This document shows positions 15,001 through 30,000 of a stretch of 64,000 bases of DNA, one piece after another. The notes below the pieces were generated by a model. That model searched no databases. It saw only the letters and a list, made by a program, of their open reading frames with translations, and was not told the origin of the DNA. The DNA lies in the NCBI GenBank assembly GCA_964016885.1, contig OZ024741.1, positions 413,850,001 to 413,914,000 of the forward strand. The letters are read 5' to 3'. Made by a program: the position numbers and the translations under genes. Origin of the DNA: Eledone cirrhosa (Eukaryota). The stretch's first letter is position 1; every line of letters starts with the position of its first letter.

Positions 15001-18000
15001 ACAGTGTGGACTGAGGACCTTTGTCATGTCACCTACATGACCATTTTACAGTGTGGGCTGAGGACTTTTGTCATGTCACCGACATGACCACTTTGCAGTG
15101 TGGACTGAAGACCTTTGTAATGTCACCAACTTGACCACTTTACAGTGTGGACTGAGGACCTTTGTAATGTCACCAACTTGACCACTTTACAGTGTGGACT
15201 GAGGACCTTTGTCATGTCACCTACATGACCACTTTTCAGTGTGGACTGAGGACCTTTGTCATGTCACCAATACGACCACTTTACAGTGTGGACTGAGGAC
15301 CTTTGTCATGTCACCGACACGTCCACTTTACAGTGTGGACTGAGGACCTTTGTCATGTGACCGACATGACCTCTCTACAGTGTGGACTGAGGACCTTTGT
15401 CATGTGACCAACATGACCACTCTACAGTGTGGACTGAGGACCTTTGCCATGTCACCTACATGACCACTTTACGGTGTGGACTGAGGATCTTTATCATGCC
15501 CCCGACATGACTACTTTACAGTGTTGACTGAGGACCTTTGTCATGTCCCTGACACGACCACTTTACAGTGTGGACTGAGGACCTTTGCCATGTCACCTAC
15601 ACGACCACTTTACAGCGTGGACTGAGGACCTTTATCATGCCCCCGACATGACCACTTTACAGTGTGGACTGAGGACCTTTGTCATGTCACCGATACGACC
15701 ACTTTACAGTGTGGACTGAGGACCTTTGTCATGTCACCGACACAACCACTTTAGAGTGTGGACTGATGACCTTTGTCATGTCACCGACACAACCACTTTA
15801 CAGTGTGGACTGAGGACCTTTATCATGTCACCTACATGACCACTTTACAGTGTGGGCTGAGGACCTTTGTCATGTCACTGACAGGACCACTTTACAGTGT
15901 GGACTGAGGACCTTTGTCATGTCACCGACACGACCACTTTACAGTGTGGACTGAGGACATTTGTCATGTCACGGACATGACCACATTACAGTGTGGACGG
16001 AGGACCTTTGTCATGTCACTGACACGACCACTTTGCAGTGTGGACTGAGGACCTTTGTCATGTCACCGACATGACCACTTTACAGTGTGGACTGAGGACC
16101 TTTGTCATGTCACCAACACGACCACTTTACAGTGTGGACTGAGGGCATTTGTCATGTTACCGACATGACCACTTTACAGTGTGGACTGAAGACCTTTGTA
16201 ATGTCACCAACTTGACCACTTTACAGTGTGGACTGAGGACCTTTGTCATGTCACCTACTTGACCACTTTTCAGTGTGGACTGAGGACCTTTATCATGTCA
16301 CCAACACGACCACTTTACAGTGTGGACTGAGGACATTTGTCATTTTACCGACACGACCACGTTACAGTGTGGACTGAGGACCTTTGTCATGTCACCGACA
16401 CGTCCACTTTACAGTGTGGACTGAGGACCTTTGTCATGTGACCGACATGACCTCTCTACATTGTGGACTGAAGACCTTTGTCATGTGACCGACATGACCA
16501 CTCTACAGTGTGGACTGAGGACCTTTGTCATGCCACCTATATGACCACTTTACAGTGTGGACTGAGGACTTTGTCATGTCACTGAAATGACCACTTTACA
16601 GTGTGGACTGAGGCCTTTTTCATGTCACCGACATGACCACTTTACAGTGTGGACTGAGGACCTTTGTCATGTCACCGACACAACCACTTTACAGTGTGGA
16701 CTGAGGGTCTTTGTCATGTCACCGACACGACCACTTTACAGTGTGGACTGAGGAACATTGTCATGTCACCAACTTGACCACTTTACAGTGTGGACTGAGG
16801 ACCTTTGTCATGTCGCTGACACGATCACTTTACAGTGTGGACTGAGGACCTTTGTCATGTCATCGACATGACCTCTCTACAGTGTGGACTGAGGACCTTT
16901 ATCATGTCTCCGACATGACCATTTTACACTGTGGACTGAGGACATTTGTCATGTCACCAACATGACCACTTTACAGTGTAGACTGAGGACCCTTATCATG
17001 TCCCCGACATGACCACTTTACAGTGTGGACTGAGGACCTTTGTCATGTCCCTGACATGACCACTTTACAGTGTGGACTGAGGACCTTTGTCATGTCACCG
17101 ACATGACCACTTTACAGTGTGGACTGAGTACCTTTGTCATGTCACCGACACGACCACTTTACAGTGTGGACTGAGGACCTTTGTCATGTCACCAGCATGA
17201 CCACTTTACAGTGTGGACTGAGGACCCTTGTCATGTCTCTGACACGACCACTTTACAGTGTGGACTGAGAACCTTTGTCATATCAACGACACGACCTCTT
17301 TACAGTGTGGAATGAGGACCTTTGTCATGTCACTAACTTGACCACTTTACAGTTGGACTGAGGACCTTTGTCATGTCACTGACACGACCCCTTTACAGTG
17401 TGGACTGAGTACCTTTGTCATGTCACCGACATGACCACTTTACAGTGTGGACTGAGGACCTTTGTCATGTCACCTACACGACCACTTTACAGTGTGGACT
17501 GAGGACCTTTTTCATGTCACCAGCATGACCAGTTTACAGTGTGGACTGAGGACCTTTGTCATGTCACCTACATGACCACTTTACAGTGTGGACTGAGCAC
17601 CTTTATCACGTCCCCGACATGACCACTTTACAGTGTGGACTGAGGACTTTTGTCATGTCACCGATACGACCACTTTACATTCTGGACTGAGGGTCTTTGT
17701 CATGTCACCGACACGACCACTTTAAAGTGTGGACTGAGGACCTTTGTCATGTCACTGACACGACCACTTTAAAGTGTGAACTGAGGACCTTTGTTATGAC
17801 ACCTACATGACCACTTTATAGTGTGGACTGAGGACCTTTGTCATGTCACCTACACGACCACTTTACAGTGTGGACTGAGGAACTTTGTCATGTCACGGAC
17901 ATGACCACTTTATCGTGTGGACTGAGGACCTTTGTCATGTCACCGACATGACCACTCTACAGTGTGGACTGAGGATCTTTGTCATGTCACAGACATGACC

Positions 18001-21000
18001 ACTTTACAGTGTGGACTGAGGACCTTTTTCATGTCACTGACATGACCACTTTACAGTGTGGACTGAGGACCTTTGTCATGTCACCGACACAACCACTTTA
18101 CTGTGTGGACTGAGGACCTTTATCAAGTCACCTACATGACCACTTTACAGTGTGGGCTGAGGACCTTTATCATGTCATCTACATGACCACTTTACAGTGT
18201 GGACTGAGGACCTTTGTCATGTCACCGACACGACCACTTTACAGTGTGGACTGAGGACATTTGTCATGTCACCGAGATGACCACATTACAGTGTGGACTG
18301 AGGACTTTTGTCATGTCACTGACATGACCACTTTACAGTGTGGACTGAAGACCTTTGTAATGTCACCAACTTGACCACTTTACAGTGTGGACTGAGGACC
18401 TTTGTCATGTCACCTACATGACCACTTTACAGTGTGGACTGAGGACCTTTATCACGTCCCCAACATGACCACTTTACAGTGTGGACTGAGGACCTTTCTC
18501 ATGTCACTGACACAACCACTTTACAGTGTGGACTGAGGACCGTTGTCATGTCACCTACATGACCACTTTCCAGTGTGGACTGAGGACCTTTGTCATGTCA
18601 CCAACTTGACCACTTTACAGTGTGGACTGAGGACCTTTGTCATGTCACCTACATGACCACTTTACAGTGTGGACTGAGGACCTTTGTCATGTCACTGACA
18701 AGACCACTTTACTGTGTGGACTGAGGACCTTTGTCATGTCACCGACATGACCACTTTACAGTGTGGACTGAGGACTTTTGTCATGTCACCGACACGACCA
18801 CTTTACAGTGTGGACTGATGACCTTTGTCATGTCACCGACACAACCACTTTACAGTGTGGACTGAGGACCTTTGTCATGTCACCTACATGACCACTTTAC
18901 AGTGTGGACTGAGGACCTTTATCACGTCCCCAACATGACCACTTTACAGTGTGGACTGAGGACCTTTGTCATGTCACTGACAAGACCACTTTACTGTGTG
19001 GACTGAGGACCTTTGTCATGTCACCGACATGACCACTTTACAGTGTGGACTGAGGACCTTTGTCATGTCACCGACACGACCACTTTACAGTGTGGACTGA
19101 GGACCTTTGTCATGTCACCAACTTGACCACTTTACAGTGTGGACTGAGGATCTTTGTCATGTCACTGACATGACCACTTTACAGTGTGGACTGAGGAACT
19201 TTGTCATGTCACCTACATGACCACTTTACGGTGTGGACTGAGGACCTTTGTCATGTCACCTACATGACCACTTTACAGTGTGGACGTAGGGTCTTTGTCA
19301 TGTCTCCGACATGACCACTTTACAGTGTGGACTGAGGACCTTTATCATGTCACCAACTTGACCAATTTACAGTGTCGACTGAGGATCTTTGTCATGTCAC
19401 TGACATGACAACTTTACAGTGTGGACGTAGGGTCTTTGTCATGTCTCCGACATGGCCACTTTACAGTGTGGACTGAGGACTTTTGTCATGTCTCCGACAT
19501 GACCACTTTACAGTGTGGACTGAGGACCTTTGTCATGTCCCCGACATGACCACTTTACAGTGTGGACTGAGGACCTTTGTCATGTCACTGACACGACCAC
19601 TTTACAGTGTGGACTGAGGACCTTTGTCATGTCACTGACATGACCACTTTACAGTGTGGACTGAGGACCTTTTTCATGTCACCGACATGCCCACTTTACA
19701 GTGTGGACTGAGGACCTTTGGCATGTCACCGACACGACCACTTTACAGTGTGGACTGAGGACCTTTGTCATGTCACCGACAAAACCACTTTACAGTGTGG
19801 ACTGAGGGTCTTTGTCATGTCACCGACACGACCACTTTACGGTGTGGACTGAGGACCTTTGTCATGTCACTGACATGACCACTTTACAGTGTGGACTGAG
19901 GACCTTTGTCACGTCACCTACATGACCACTTTACGGTGTGGACTGAGGACCTTTGTCACGTCACCTCCATGACCACTTTACAGTGTGGACTGAGGACCTT
20001 TGTCATGTCACCAACTTGACCACTTTACAGTGTGGACTGAGGACCTTTGTCATGTCACTGACATGACCACTTTACAGTGTGGACGTAGGGTCTTTGTCAT
20101 ATCTCCGACATGGCCACTTTACAGTGTGGACTGAGGACTTTTGTCATGTCTCCGACATGACCACTTTACAGTGTGGACTGAGGACCTTTGTCATGTCCCC
20201 GACATGACCACTTTACAGTGTGGACTGAGGACCATTGTCATGTCATTGACACGACCACTTTACAGTGTGGACTGAGGACCTTTGTCATGTCACCGACATG
20301 ACCACTTTACAGTGTGGACTGAGGACCTTTTTCATGTCACCGACATGCCCACTTTACAGTGTGGACTGAGGACCTTTGGCATGTCACCGACACGACCACT
20401 TTACAGTGTGGACTGAGGACCTTTGTCATGTCACCGACAAAACCACTTTACAGTGTGGACTGAGGACCTTTGTCATGTCACCGACATGACCACTCTACAG
20501 TGTGGACTGAGGGTCTTTGTCATGTCACCGACACGACCACTTTACGGTGTGGACTGAGGACCTTTGTCATGTCACTGACACGACCACTTTACAGTGTGGA
20601 CTGAGGACTTTTGTCACGTCATCTACATGACCACTTTACAGTGTGGACTGAGGACCTTTGTCATGTCACCGACACGACCACTTTACAGTGTGGACTGAGG
20701 ACCTTTGTCACGTCACCTCCATGACCACTTTACGGTGTGGACTGAGGACCTTTGTCACGTCACCTCCATGACCACTTTACAGTGTGGACTGAGGACCTTT
20801 GTCATGTCACCAACTTGACCACTTTACAGTGTGGACTGAGGACCTTTGTCATGTCACTGACACGTCCACTTTACAGTGTGGACTGAGGACCTTTGTCATG
20901 TCACCTCCATGACCACTTTACAGTGTGGACTGAGGACCTTTGTCATGTCACCAACTTGACCACTTTACAGTGTGGACTGAGGACCTTTGTCATGTCACCC

Positions 21001-24000
21001 ACATGACCACTTTACAGTGTGGACTGAGGACCTTTGTCATGTCACCAACTTGACCACTTTACAGTGTGGACTGAGGACCTTTGTCATGTCACCAACTTGA
21101 CCACTTTACAGTGTGGACTGAGGACCCTTGTCATGTCACCTACACGACCACTTTACAGTGTGGACTGAGGACCTTTGTCATGTCACCGACACGACCACTT
21201 TACAGTGTGGACTGAGGACCTTTGTCATGTCACTGACACGACCACTTTACAGTGTGGACTGAGGACCTTTGTCATGTCACTGACATGACCACTTTACAGT
21301 GTGGACTGAGGACCTTTATCATGTCACCAACTTGACCACTTTACAGTGTCGACTGAGGATCTTTGTCATGTCACTGACATGACCACTTTACAGTGTGGAC
21401 TGAGGACCTTTGTCATGTCACCGACACGACCACTTTACAGTGTGGACTGAGGACCTTTGTCATGTCACCAACTTGACCACTTTACAGTGTGGACTGAGGA
21501 TCTTTGTCATGTCACCTACATGACCACTTTACGGTGTGGACTGAGGACCTTTGTCATGTCACTGACATGACCACTTTACAGTGTGGACTGAGGACCTTTG
21601 GCATGTCACCGACACGGCCACTTTACAGTGTGGACTGAGGACCTTTGTCATGTCACCTACATGACCACTTTACAGTGTGGACGTAGGGTCTTTGTCATGT
21701 CTCCGACATGACCACTTTACAGTGTGGACTGAGGACCTTTATCATGTCACCAACTTGACCAATTTACAGTGTCGACTGAGGATCTTTATCATGTCACTGA
21801 CATGACAACTTTACAGTGTGGACGTAGGGTCTTTGTCATGTCTCCGACATGGCCACTTTACAGTGTGGACTGAGGACTTTTGTCATGTCTCCGACATGAC
21901 CACTTTACAGTGTGGACTGAGGACCTTTGTCATGTCCCCGACATGACCACTTTACAGTGTGGACTGAGGACCTTTGTCATGTCACTGACACGACCACTTT
22001 ACAGTGTGGACTGAGGACCTTTGTCATGTCACTGACATGACCACTTTACAGTGTGGACTGAGGACCTTTTTCATGTCACCGACATGCCCACTTTACAGTG
22101 TGGACTGAGGACCTTTGGCATGTCACCGACACGACCACTTTACAGTGTGGACTGAGGACCTTTGTCATGTCACCGACAAAACCACTTTACAGTGTGGACT
22201 GAGGGTCTTTGTCATGTCACCGACACGACCACTTTACGGTGTGGACTGAGGACCTTTGTCATGTCACTGACATGACCACTTTACAGTGTGGACTGAGGAC
22301 CTTTGTCACGTCACCTACATGACCACTTTACGGTGTGGACTGAGGACCTTTGTCACGTCACCTCCATGACCACTTTACAGTGTGGACTGAGGACCTTTGT
22401 CATGTCACCAACTTGACCACTTTACAGTGTGGACTGAGGACCTTTGTCATGTCACTGACACGTCCACTTTACAGTGTGGACTGAGGACCTTTGTCACGTC
22501 ACCTCCATGACCACTTTACAGTGTGGACTGAGGACCTTTGTCATGTCACCAACTTGACCACTTTACAGTGTGGACTGAGGACCTTTGTCATGTCACCTAC
22601 ATGACCACTTTACAGTGTGGACTGAGGACCTTTGTCATGTCACCAACTTGACCACTTTACAGTGTGGACTGAGGACCCTTGTCATGTCACCTACACGACC
22701 ACTTTACAGTGTGGACTGAGGACCTTTGTCATGTCACCGACATGACCACTCTACAGTGTGGACTGAGGGTCTTTGTCATGTCACCGACACGACCACTTTA
22801 CTGTGTGGACTGAGGACCTTTGTCATGTCACTGACACGACCACTTTACAGTGTGGACTGAGGACTTTTGTCACGTCACCTACATGACCACTTTACAGTGT
22901 GGACTGAGGACCTTTGTCATGTCACCGACACGACCACTTTACAGTGTGGACTGAGGACCTTTGTCACGTCACCTCCATGACCACTTTACGGTGTGGACTG
23001 AGGACCTTTGTCACGTCACCTCCATGACCACTTTACAGTGTGGACTGAGGACCTTTGTCATGTCACCAACTTGACCACTTTACAGTGTGGACTGAGGACC
23101 TTTGTCATGTCACTGACACGTCCACTTTACAGTGTGGACTGAGGACCTTTGTCATGTCACCAACTTGACCACTTTACAGTGTGGACTGAGGATCTTTGTC
23201 ATGTCACCTACATGACCACTTTACGGTGTGGACTGAGGACCTTTGTCATGTCACTGACATGACCACTTTACAGTGTGGACTGAGGACCTTTGGCATGTCA
23301 CCGACACGACCACTTTACAGTGTGGACTGAGGACCTTTGTCATGTCACCTACATGACCACTTTACAGTGTGGACGTAGGGTCTTTGTCATGTCTCCGACA
23401 TGACCACTTTACAGTGTGGACTGAGGACCTTTATCATGCCACCAACTTGACCAATTTACAGTGTCGACTGAGGATCTTTGTCATGTCACTGACATGACAA
23501 CTTTACAGTGTGGACGTAGGGTCTTTGTCATGTCTCCGACATGGCCACTTTACAGTGTGGACTGAGGACTTTTGTCATGTCTCCGACATGACCACTTTAC
23601 AGTGTGGACTGAGGACCTTTGTCATGTCCCCGACATGACCACTTTACAGTGTGGACTGAGGACCTTTGTCATGTCACTGACACGACCACTTTACAGTGTG
23701 GACTGAGGACCTTTGTCATGTCACTGACATGACCACTTTACAGTGTGGACTGAGGACCTTTTTCATGTCACCGACATGCCCACTTTACAGTGTGGACTGA
23801 GGACCTTTGGCATGTCACCGACACGACCACTTTACAGTTTGGACTGAGGACCTTTGTCATGTCACCGACAAAACCACTTTACAGTGTGGACTGAGGGTCT
23901 TTGTCATGTCACCGACACGACCACTTTACGGTGTGGACTGAGGACCTTTGTCATGTCACTGACATGACCACTTTACAGTGTGGACTGAGGACTTTTGTCA

Positions 24001-27000
24001 CGTCACCTACATGACCACTTTACGGTGTGGACTGAGGACCTTTGTCACGTCACCTCCATGACCACTTTACAGTGTGGACTGAGGACCTTTGTCATGTCAC
24101 CAACTTGACCACTTTACAGTGTGGACTGAGGACCTTTGTCATGTCACTGACACGTCCACTCTACAGTGTGGACTGAGGACCTTTGTCACGTCACCTCCAT
24201 GACCACTTTACAGTGTGGACTGAGGAGCTTTGTCATGTCACCAACTTGACCACTTTACAGTGTGGACTGAGGACCTTTGTCATGTCACCTACATGACCAC
24301 TTTACAGTGTGGACTGAGGACCTTTGTCATGTCACCAACTTGACCACTTTACAGTGTGGACTGAGGACCTTTGTCATGTCACCTACATGACCACTTTACA
24401 GTGTGGACTGAGGACCTTTGTCATGTCACCAACTTGACCACTTTACAGTGTGGACTGAGGACCCTTGTCATGTCACCTACACGACCACTTTACAGTGTGG
24501 ACTGAGGACCTTTGTCATGTCACTGACACGACCACTTTACAGTGTGGACTGAGGACTTTTGTCACGTCACCTACATGACCACTTTACAGTGTGGACTGAG
24601 GACCTTTGTCATGTCACCGACACGACCACTTTCCAGTGTGGACTGAGGACCTTTGTCACGTCACCTCCATGACCACTTTACGGTGTGGACTGAGGACCTT
24701 TGTCACGTCACCTCCATGACCACTTTACAGTGTGGACTGAGGACCTTTGTCATGTCACCAACTTGACCACTTTACAGTGTGGACTGAGGACCTTTGTCAT
24801 GTCACTGACACGTCCACTTTACAGTGTGGACTGAGGACCTTTGTCATGTCACCTCCATGACCACTTTACAGTGTGGACTGAGGACCTTTGTCATGTCACC
24901 AACTTGACCACTTTACAGGGTGGACTGAGGACCTTTGTCATGTCACCTCCATGACCACTTTACAGTGTGGACTGAGGACCTTTGTCATGTCACCAACTTG
25001 ACCACTTTACAGTGTGGACTGAGGACCTTTGTCATGTCACCTACACGACCACTTTACAGTGTGGACTGAGGACCTTTGTCATGTCACCTACACGACCACT
25101 TTACAGTGTGGACTGAGGACCTTTGTCATGTCACCGACACGACCACTTTACAGTGTGGACTGAGGACCTTTGTCATGTCACTGACACGACCACTTTACAG
25201 TGTGGACTGTGGACCTTTGTCATGTCACTGACATGACCACTTTACAGTGTGGACTGAGGACATTTATCATGTCACCAACTTGACCACTTTACAGTGTCGA
25301 CTGAGGATGTTTGTCATGTCACTGACATGACCACTTTACAGTGTGGACTGAGGACCTTTGTCATGTCACCGACACGACCACTTTACAGTGTGGACTGAGG
25401 ACCTTTGTCATGTCACCAACTTGACCACTTTACAGTGTGGACTGAGGATCTTTGTCATGTCACCTACATGACCACTTTACGGTGTGGACTGAGGACCTTT
25501 GTCATGTCACTGACATGACCACTTTACAGTGTGGACTGAGGACCTTTGGCATGTCACCGACACGACCACTTTTCAGTGTGGACTGAGGACCTTTGTCCTG
25601 TCACCTACACGACCACTTTACAGTGTGGACTGAGGACCTTTGTCATGTCACCGACACGACCACTTTACAGTGTGGACTGAGGACCTTTGTCATGTCACTG
25701 ACACGACCACTTTACAGTGTGGACTGAGGACCTTTGTCATGTCACTGACATGACCACTTTACAGTGTGGACTGAGGACCTTTTTCATGTCACCGACATGC
25801 CCACTTTACAGTGTGGACTGAGGACCTTTGGCATGTCACCGACACGACCACTTTACAGTGTGGACTGAGGACCTTTGTCATGTCACCGACAAAACCACTT
25901 TACAGTGTGGACTGAGGACCTTTGTCATGTCACCGACATGACCAGTCTACAGTGTGGACTGAGGGTCCTTGTCATGTCACCGACACGACCACTTTACGGT
26001 GTGGACTGAGGACCTTTGTCATGTCACTGACACGACCACTTTACAGTGTGGACTGAGGACTTTTGTCACGTCACCTACATGACCACTTTACAGTGTGGAC
26101 TGAGGACCTTTGTCATGTCACCGACACGACCACTTTACAGTGTGGACTGAGGACCTTTGTCACGTCACCTCCATGACCACTTTACGGTGTGGACTGAGGA
26201 CCTTTGTCACGTCACCTCCATGACCAGTTTACAGTGTGGACTGAGGACCTTTGTCATGTCACCAACTTGACCACTTTACAGTGTGGACTGAGGACCTTTG
26301 TCATGTCACTGACACGTCCACTTTACAGTGTGGACTGAGGATCTTTGTCACGTCACCTCCATGACCACTTTACAGTGTGGACTGAGGACCTTTGTCATGT
26401 CACCAACTTGACCACTTTACAGTGTGGACTGAGGACCTTTGTCATGTCACCTACATGACCACTTTACAGTGTGGACTGAGGATCTTTGTCATGTCACCAA
26501 CTTGACCACTTTACAGTGTGGACTGAGGACCCTTGTCATGTCACCTACACGACCACTTTACAGTGTGGACTGAGGACCTTTGTCATGTCACCTACATGAC
26601 CACTTTACAGTGTGGACTGAGGACCTTTCTCATGTCACCGACACGACCACTTTACAGTGTGGACTGAGGACCTTTGTCATGTCACTGACACGACCACTTT
26701 ACAGTGTGGACTGAGGACCTTTGTCATGTCACTGACATGACCACTTTACAGTGTGGACTGAGGACCTTTTTCATGTCACCGACATGAGCACTTTACAGTG
26801 TGGAATGAGGACCTTTGGCATGTCACCGACACGACCACTTTACAGTGTGGACTGAGGACCTTTGTCATGTCACCGACAAAACCACTTTACAGTGTGGACT
26901 GAGGACCTTTGTCATGTCACCGACATGACCACTCTACAGTGTGGACTGAGGACCTTTGTCACGTCACCTCCATGACCACTTTACAGTGTGGACTGAGGAC

Positions 27001-30000
27001 CTTTGTCATGTCACCAACTTGACCACTTTACAGTGTGGACTGAGGACCTTTGTCATGTCACTGACACGACCACTTTACAGTGTGGACTGAGGACCTTTGT
27101 CATGTCATCAACTTGACCACTTTACAGTGTGGACTGAGGACCTTTGTCATATCACCGACATGACCATTTTATAGTGTGGACTGAGGACCTTTGTCATGTC
27201 ACCGACACAACCACTTTACAGTGTGGACTGATGACCTTTGTCATGTCACCGTCACAACCACTTTACAGTGTGGACTGTGGACCTTTGTCATGTCACCTAC
27301 ATGACCACTTTACACTGTGGACTGAGGACCTTTGTCATGTCACCAACATGACCACTTTACAGTGTGGACTGAGGACCTTTGTCATGTCCCCGACATGACC
27401 ACTTTACAGTGTAGACTGAGGACCTTTGTCATGTCACCAACTTGACCACTTTACAGTGTGGACTGAGGACCTTTGTCATGTCACCAACTTGACCACTTTA
27501 CAGTGTGGACTGAGGACCTTTGTCATTTCACCGACACGACCACTTTACAGTGTGGACTGAGGACCTTTGTCATGTCACCTACACAACCACTTTACAGTGT
27601 GGACTGAGGACCTTTGTCATGTCACCTACACAACCACTTTACAGTGTGGACTGAGGACCTTTGTCATGTCACCGACATGACCACTTTACAGTGTGGACTG
27701 AGGGTCTTTGTCATGTCACCGACACGACCACTTTACAGTGTGGACTGAGGACCTTTGTCATGTCACCTACACAACCACTTTACAGTGTGGACTGAGGACC
27801 TTTGTCATGTCACCGACATGACCACTTTACAGTGTGGACTGAGGACCTTTGGCATGTCACCGACACGACCACTTTACAGTGTGGACTGAGGACCTTTGTC
27901 ATGTCACCTACATGACCACTTTACACTGTGGACTGAGGACCTTTGTCATGTCACCGACATGACCACTCTACAGTGTGGACTGAGGGTCTTTGTCATGTCA
28001 CCGACACGACCACTTTACAGTGTGGACTGAGGAACTTTGTCATGTCACCAACTTGACCACTTTACAGTGTGGACTGAGGACCTTTGTCATGTCACCGACA
28101 CGACAACTTTACAGTGTGGACTGAGGACCTTTTTCATGTCACCGACATGACCACTTTACAGTGTGGACTGAGGACCTTTGGCATGTCACCGGCACGACCA
28201 CTTTACAGTGTGGACTGAGGACCTTTGTCATGTCACCGACAAAACCACTTTACAGTGTGGACTGAGGACCTTTGTCACGTCACCTCCATGACCACTTTAC
28301 AGTGTGGACTGAGGACCTTTGTCATATCACCGACACGACCACTTTACAGTGTGGACTGAGGACCTTTGTCATGGCACTAACTTGACCACTTTACAGTGTG
28401 GAATGAGGACCTTTGTCATGTCACTAACTTGACCACTTTACAGTTGAACTGAGGACCTTTGTCATGTCACCGACACGACCACTTTACAATGTGGACTGAG
28501 GACCTTTGTCATGTCACATACATGACCACTTTACAGTGTGGACTGAGTACCTTTGTCATGTCACCGACATGACCACTTTACAGTGTGGACTGAGGACCTT
28601 TGTCATGTCACCGACACGACCACTTTACAGTGTGGACTAAGGACCTTTGTCATGTCACCAATTTGACCACTTTACAGTGTGGACTAAGGATCTTTGTCAT
28701 GTCACGGACATGACCACATTACAGTGTGGACTAAGGATCTTTGTCATGTCACTGACACTGACACGTTACAGTGTGGACTGAGGACCTTTGTCATGTCACC
28801 TACACGACCACTTTACAGTGTGGACTGAGGACCTTTGTCATGTCACCAGCATGACCACTTTACAGTGTGGACTGAGGACCTTTATCACGTCCCCGACATG
28901 ACCACTTTACAGTGTGGACTGAGGACTTTTGTCATGTCACCGATACGACCACTTTACATTCTGGACTGCGGGTCTTTGTCATGTCACCGACACGACCACT
29001 TTAAAGTGTGGACTGAGGACCTTTGTTATGACACCTACATGACCACTTTATAGTGTGGACTGAGGACCTTTGTCATGTCACCAACTTGACCACTTTACAG
29101 TGTGGACTGAGGACCTTTGTCATGTCACTGACACGACCACTTTACAGTGTGGACTGAGGACCTTTGTCATGTCACCAACTTGACCACTTTACAGTGTGGA
29201 CTGAGGACCTTTGTCATGTCACCGACATGACCATTTTATAGTGTGGACTGAGGACCATTGTCATGTCACCGACACAACCACTTTACAGTGTGGACTGATG
29301 ACCTTTGTCATGTCACCGACACAACCACTTTACAGTGTGGACTGAGGACCTTTGTCATGTCACCTACATGACCACTTTACACTGCGGACTGAGGACCTTT
29401 GTCATGTCACCAACATGACCACTTTACAGTGTGGACTGAGGACCTTTGTCATGTCCCCGACATGACCACTTTACAGTGTGGACTGAGGACCTTTGTCATG
29501 TCACCGACATGACCATTTTATAGTGTGGACTGAGGACCTTTGTCATGTCACCGACACAACCACTTTACAGTGTGGACTGAGGACCTTTGTCATGTCCCCG
29601 ACATGACCACTTTACAGTGTGGACTGAGGACCTTTGTCATGTCACCAACTTGACCACCTTACAGTGTGGACTGAGGACCTTTGTCATGTCACCGACACGA
29701 CCACTTTACAGTGTGGACTGAGGACCTTTGTCATGTCACTGACACGTCCACTTTACAGTGTGGACTGAGGACCTTTGTCATATCACCAACTTGACCACTT
29801 TACAGTGTGGACTGAGGACCTTTGTCATGTCACCTACATGACCACTTTACAGTGTGGACTGAGGACCTTTGTCATGTCACCAACTTGACCACTTTACAGT
29901 GTGGACTGAGGACCTTTGTCATGTCACCAACTTGACCACTTTACAGTGTGGACTGAGGACCCTTGTCATGTCACCTACACGACCACTTTACAGTGTGGAC

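Noticed and set aside
1700-29053. His/Cys-rich short ORFs in the satellite
   Set aside because: They arise from a 47-bp unit cycling through frames where a TGA is mutated; they have non-ATG starts and no splice or domain evidence.
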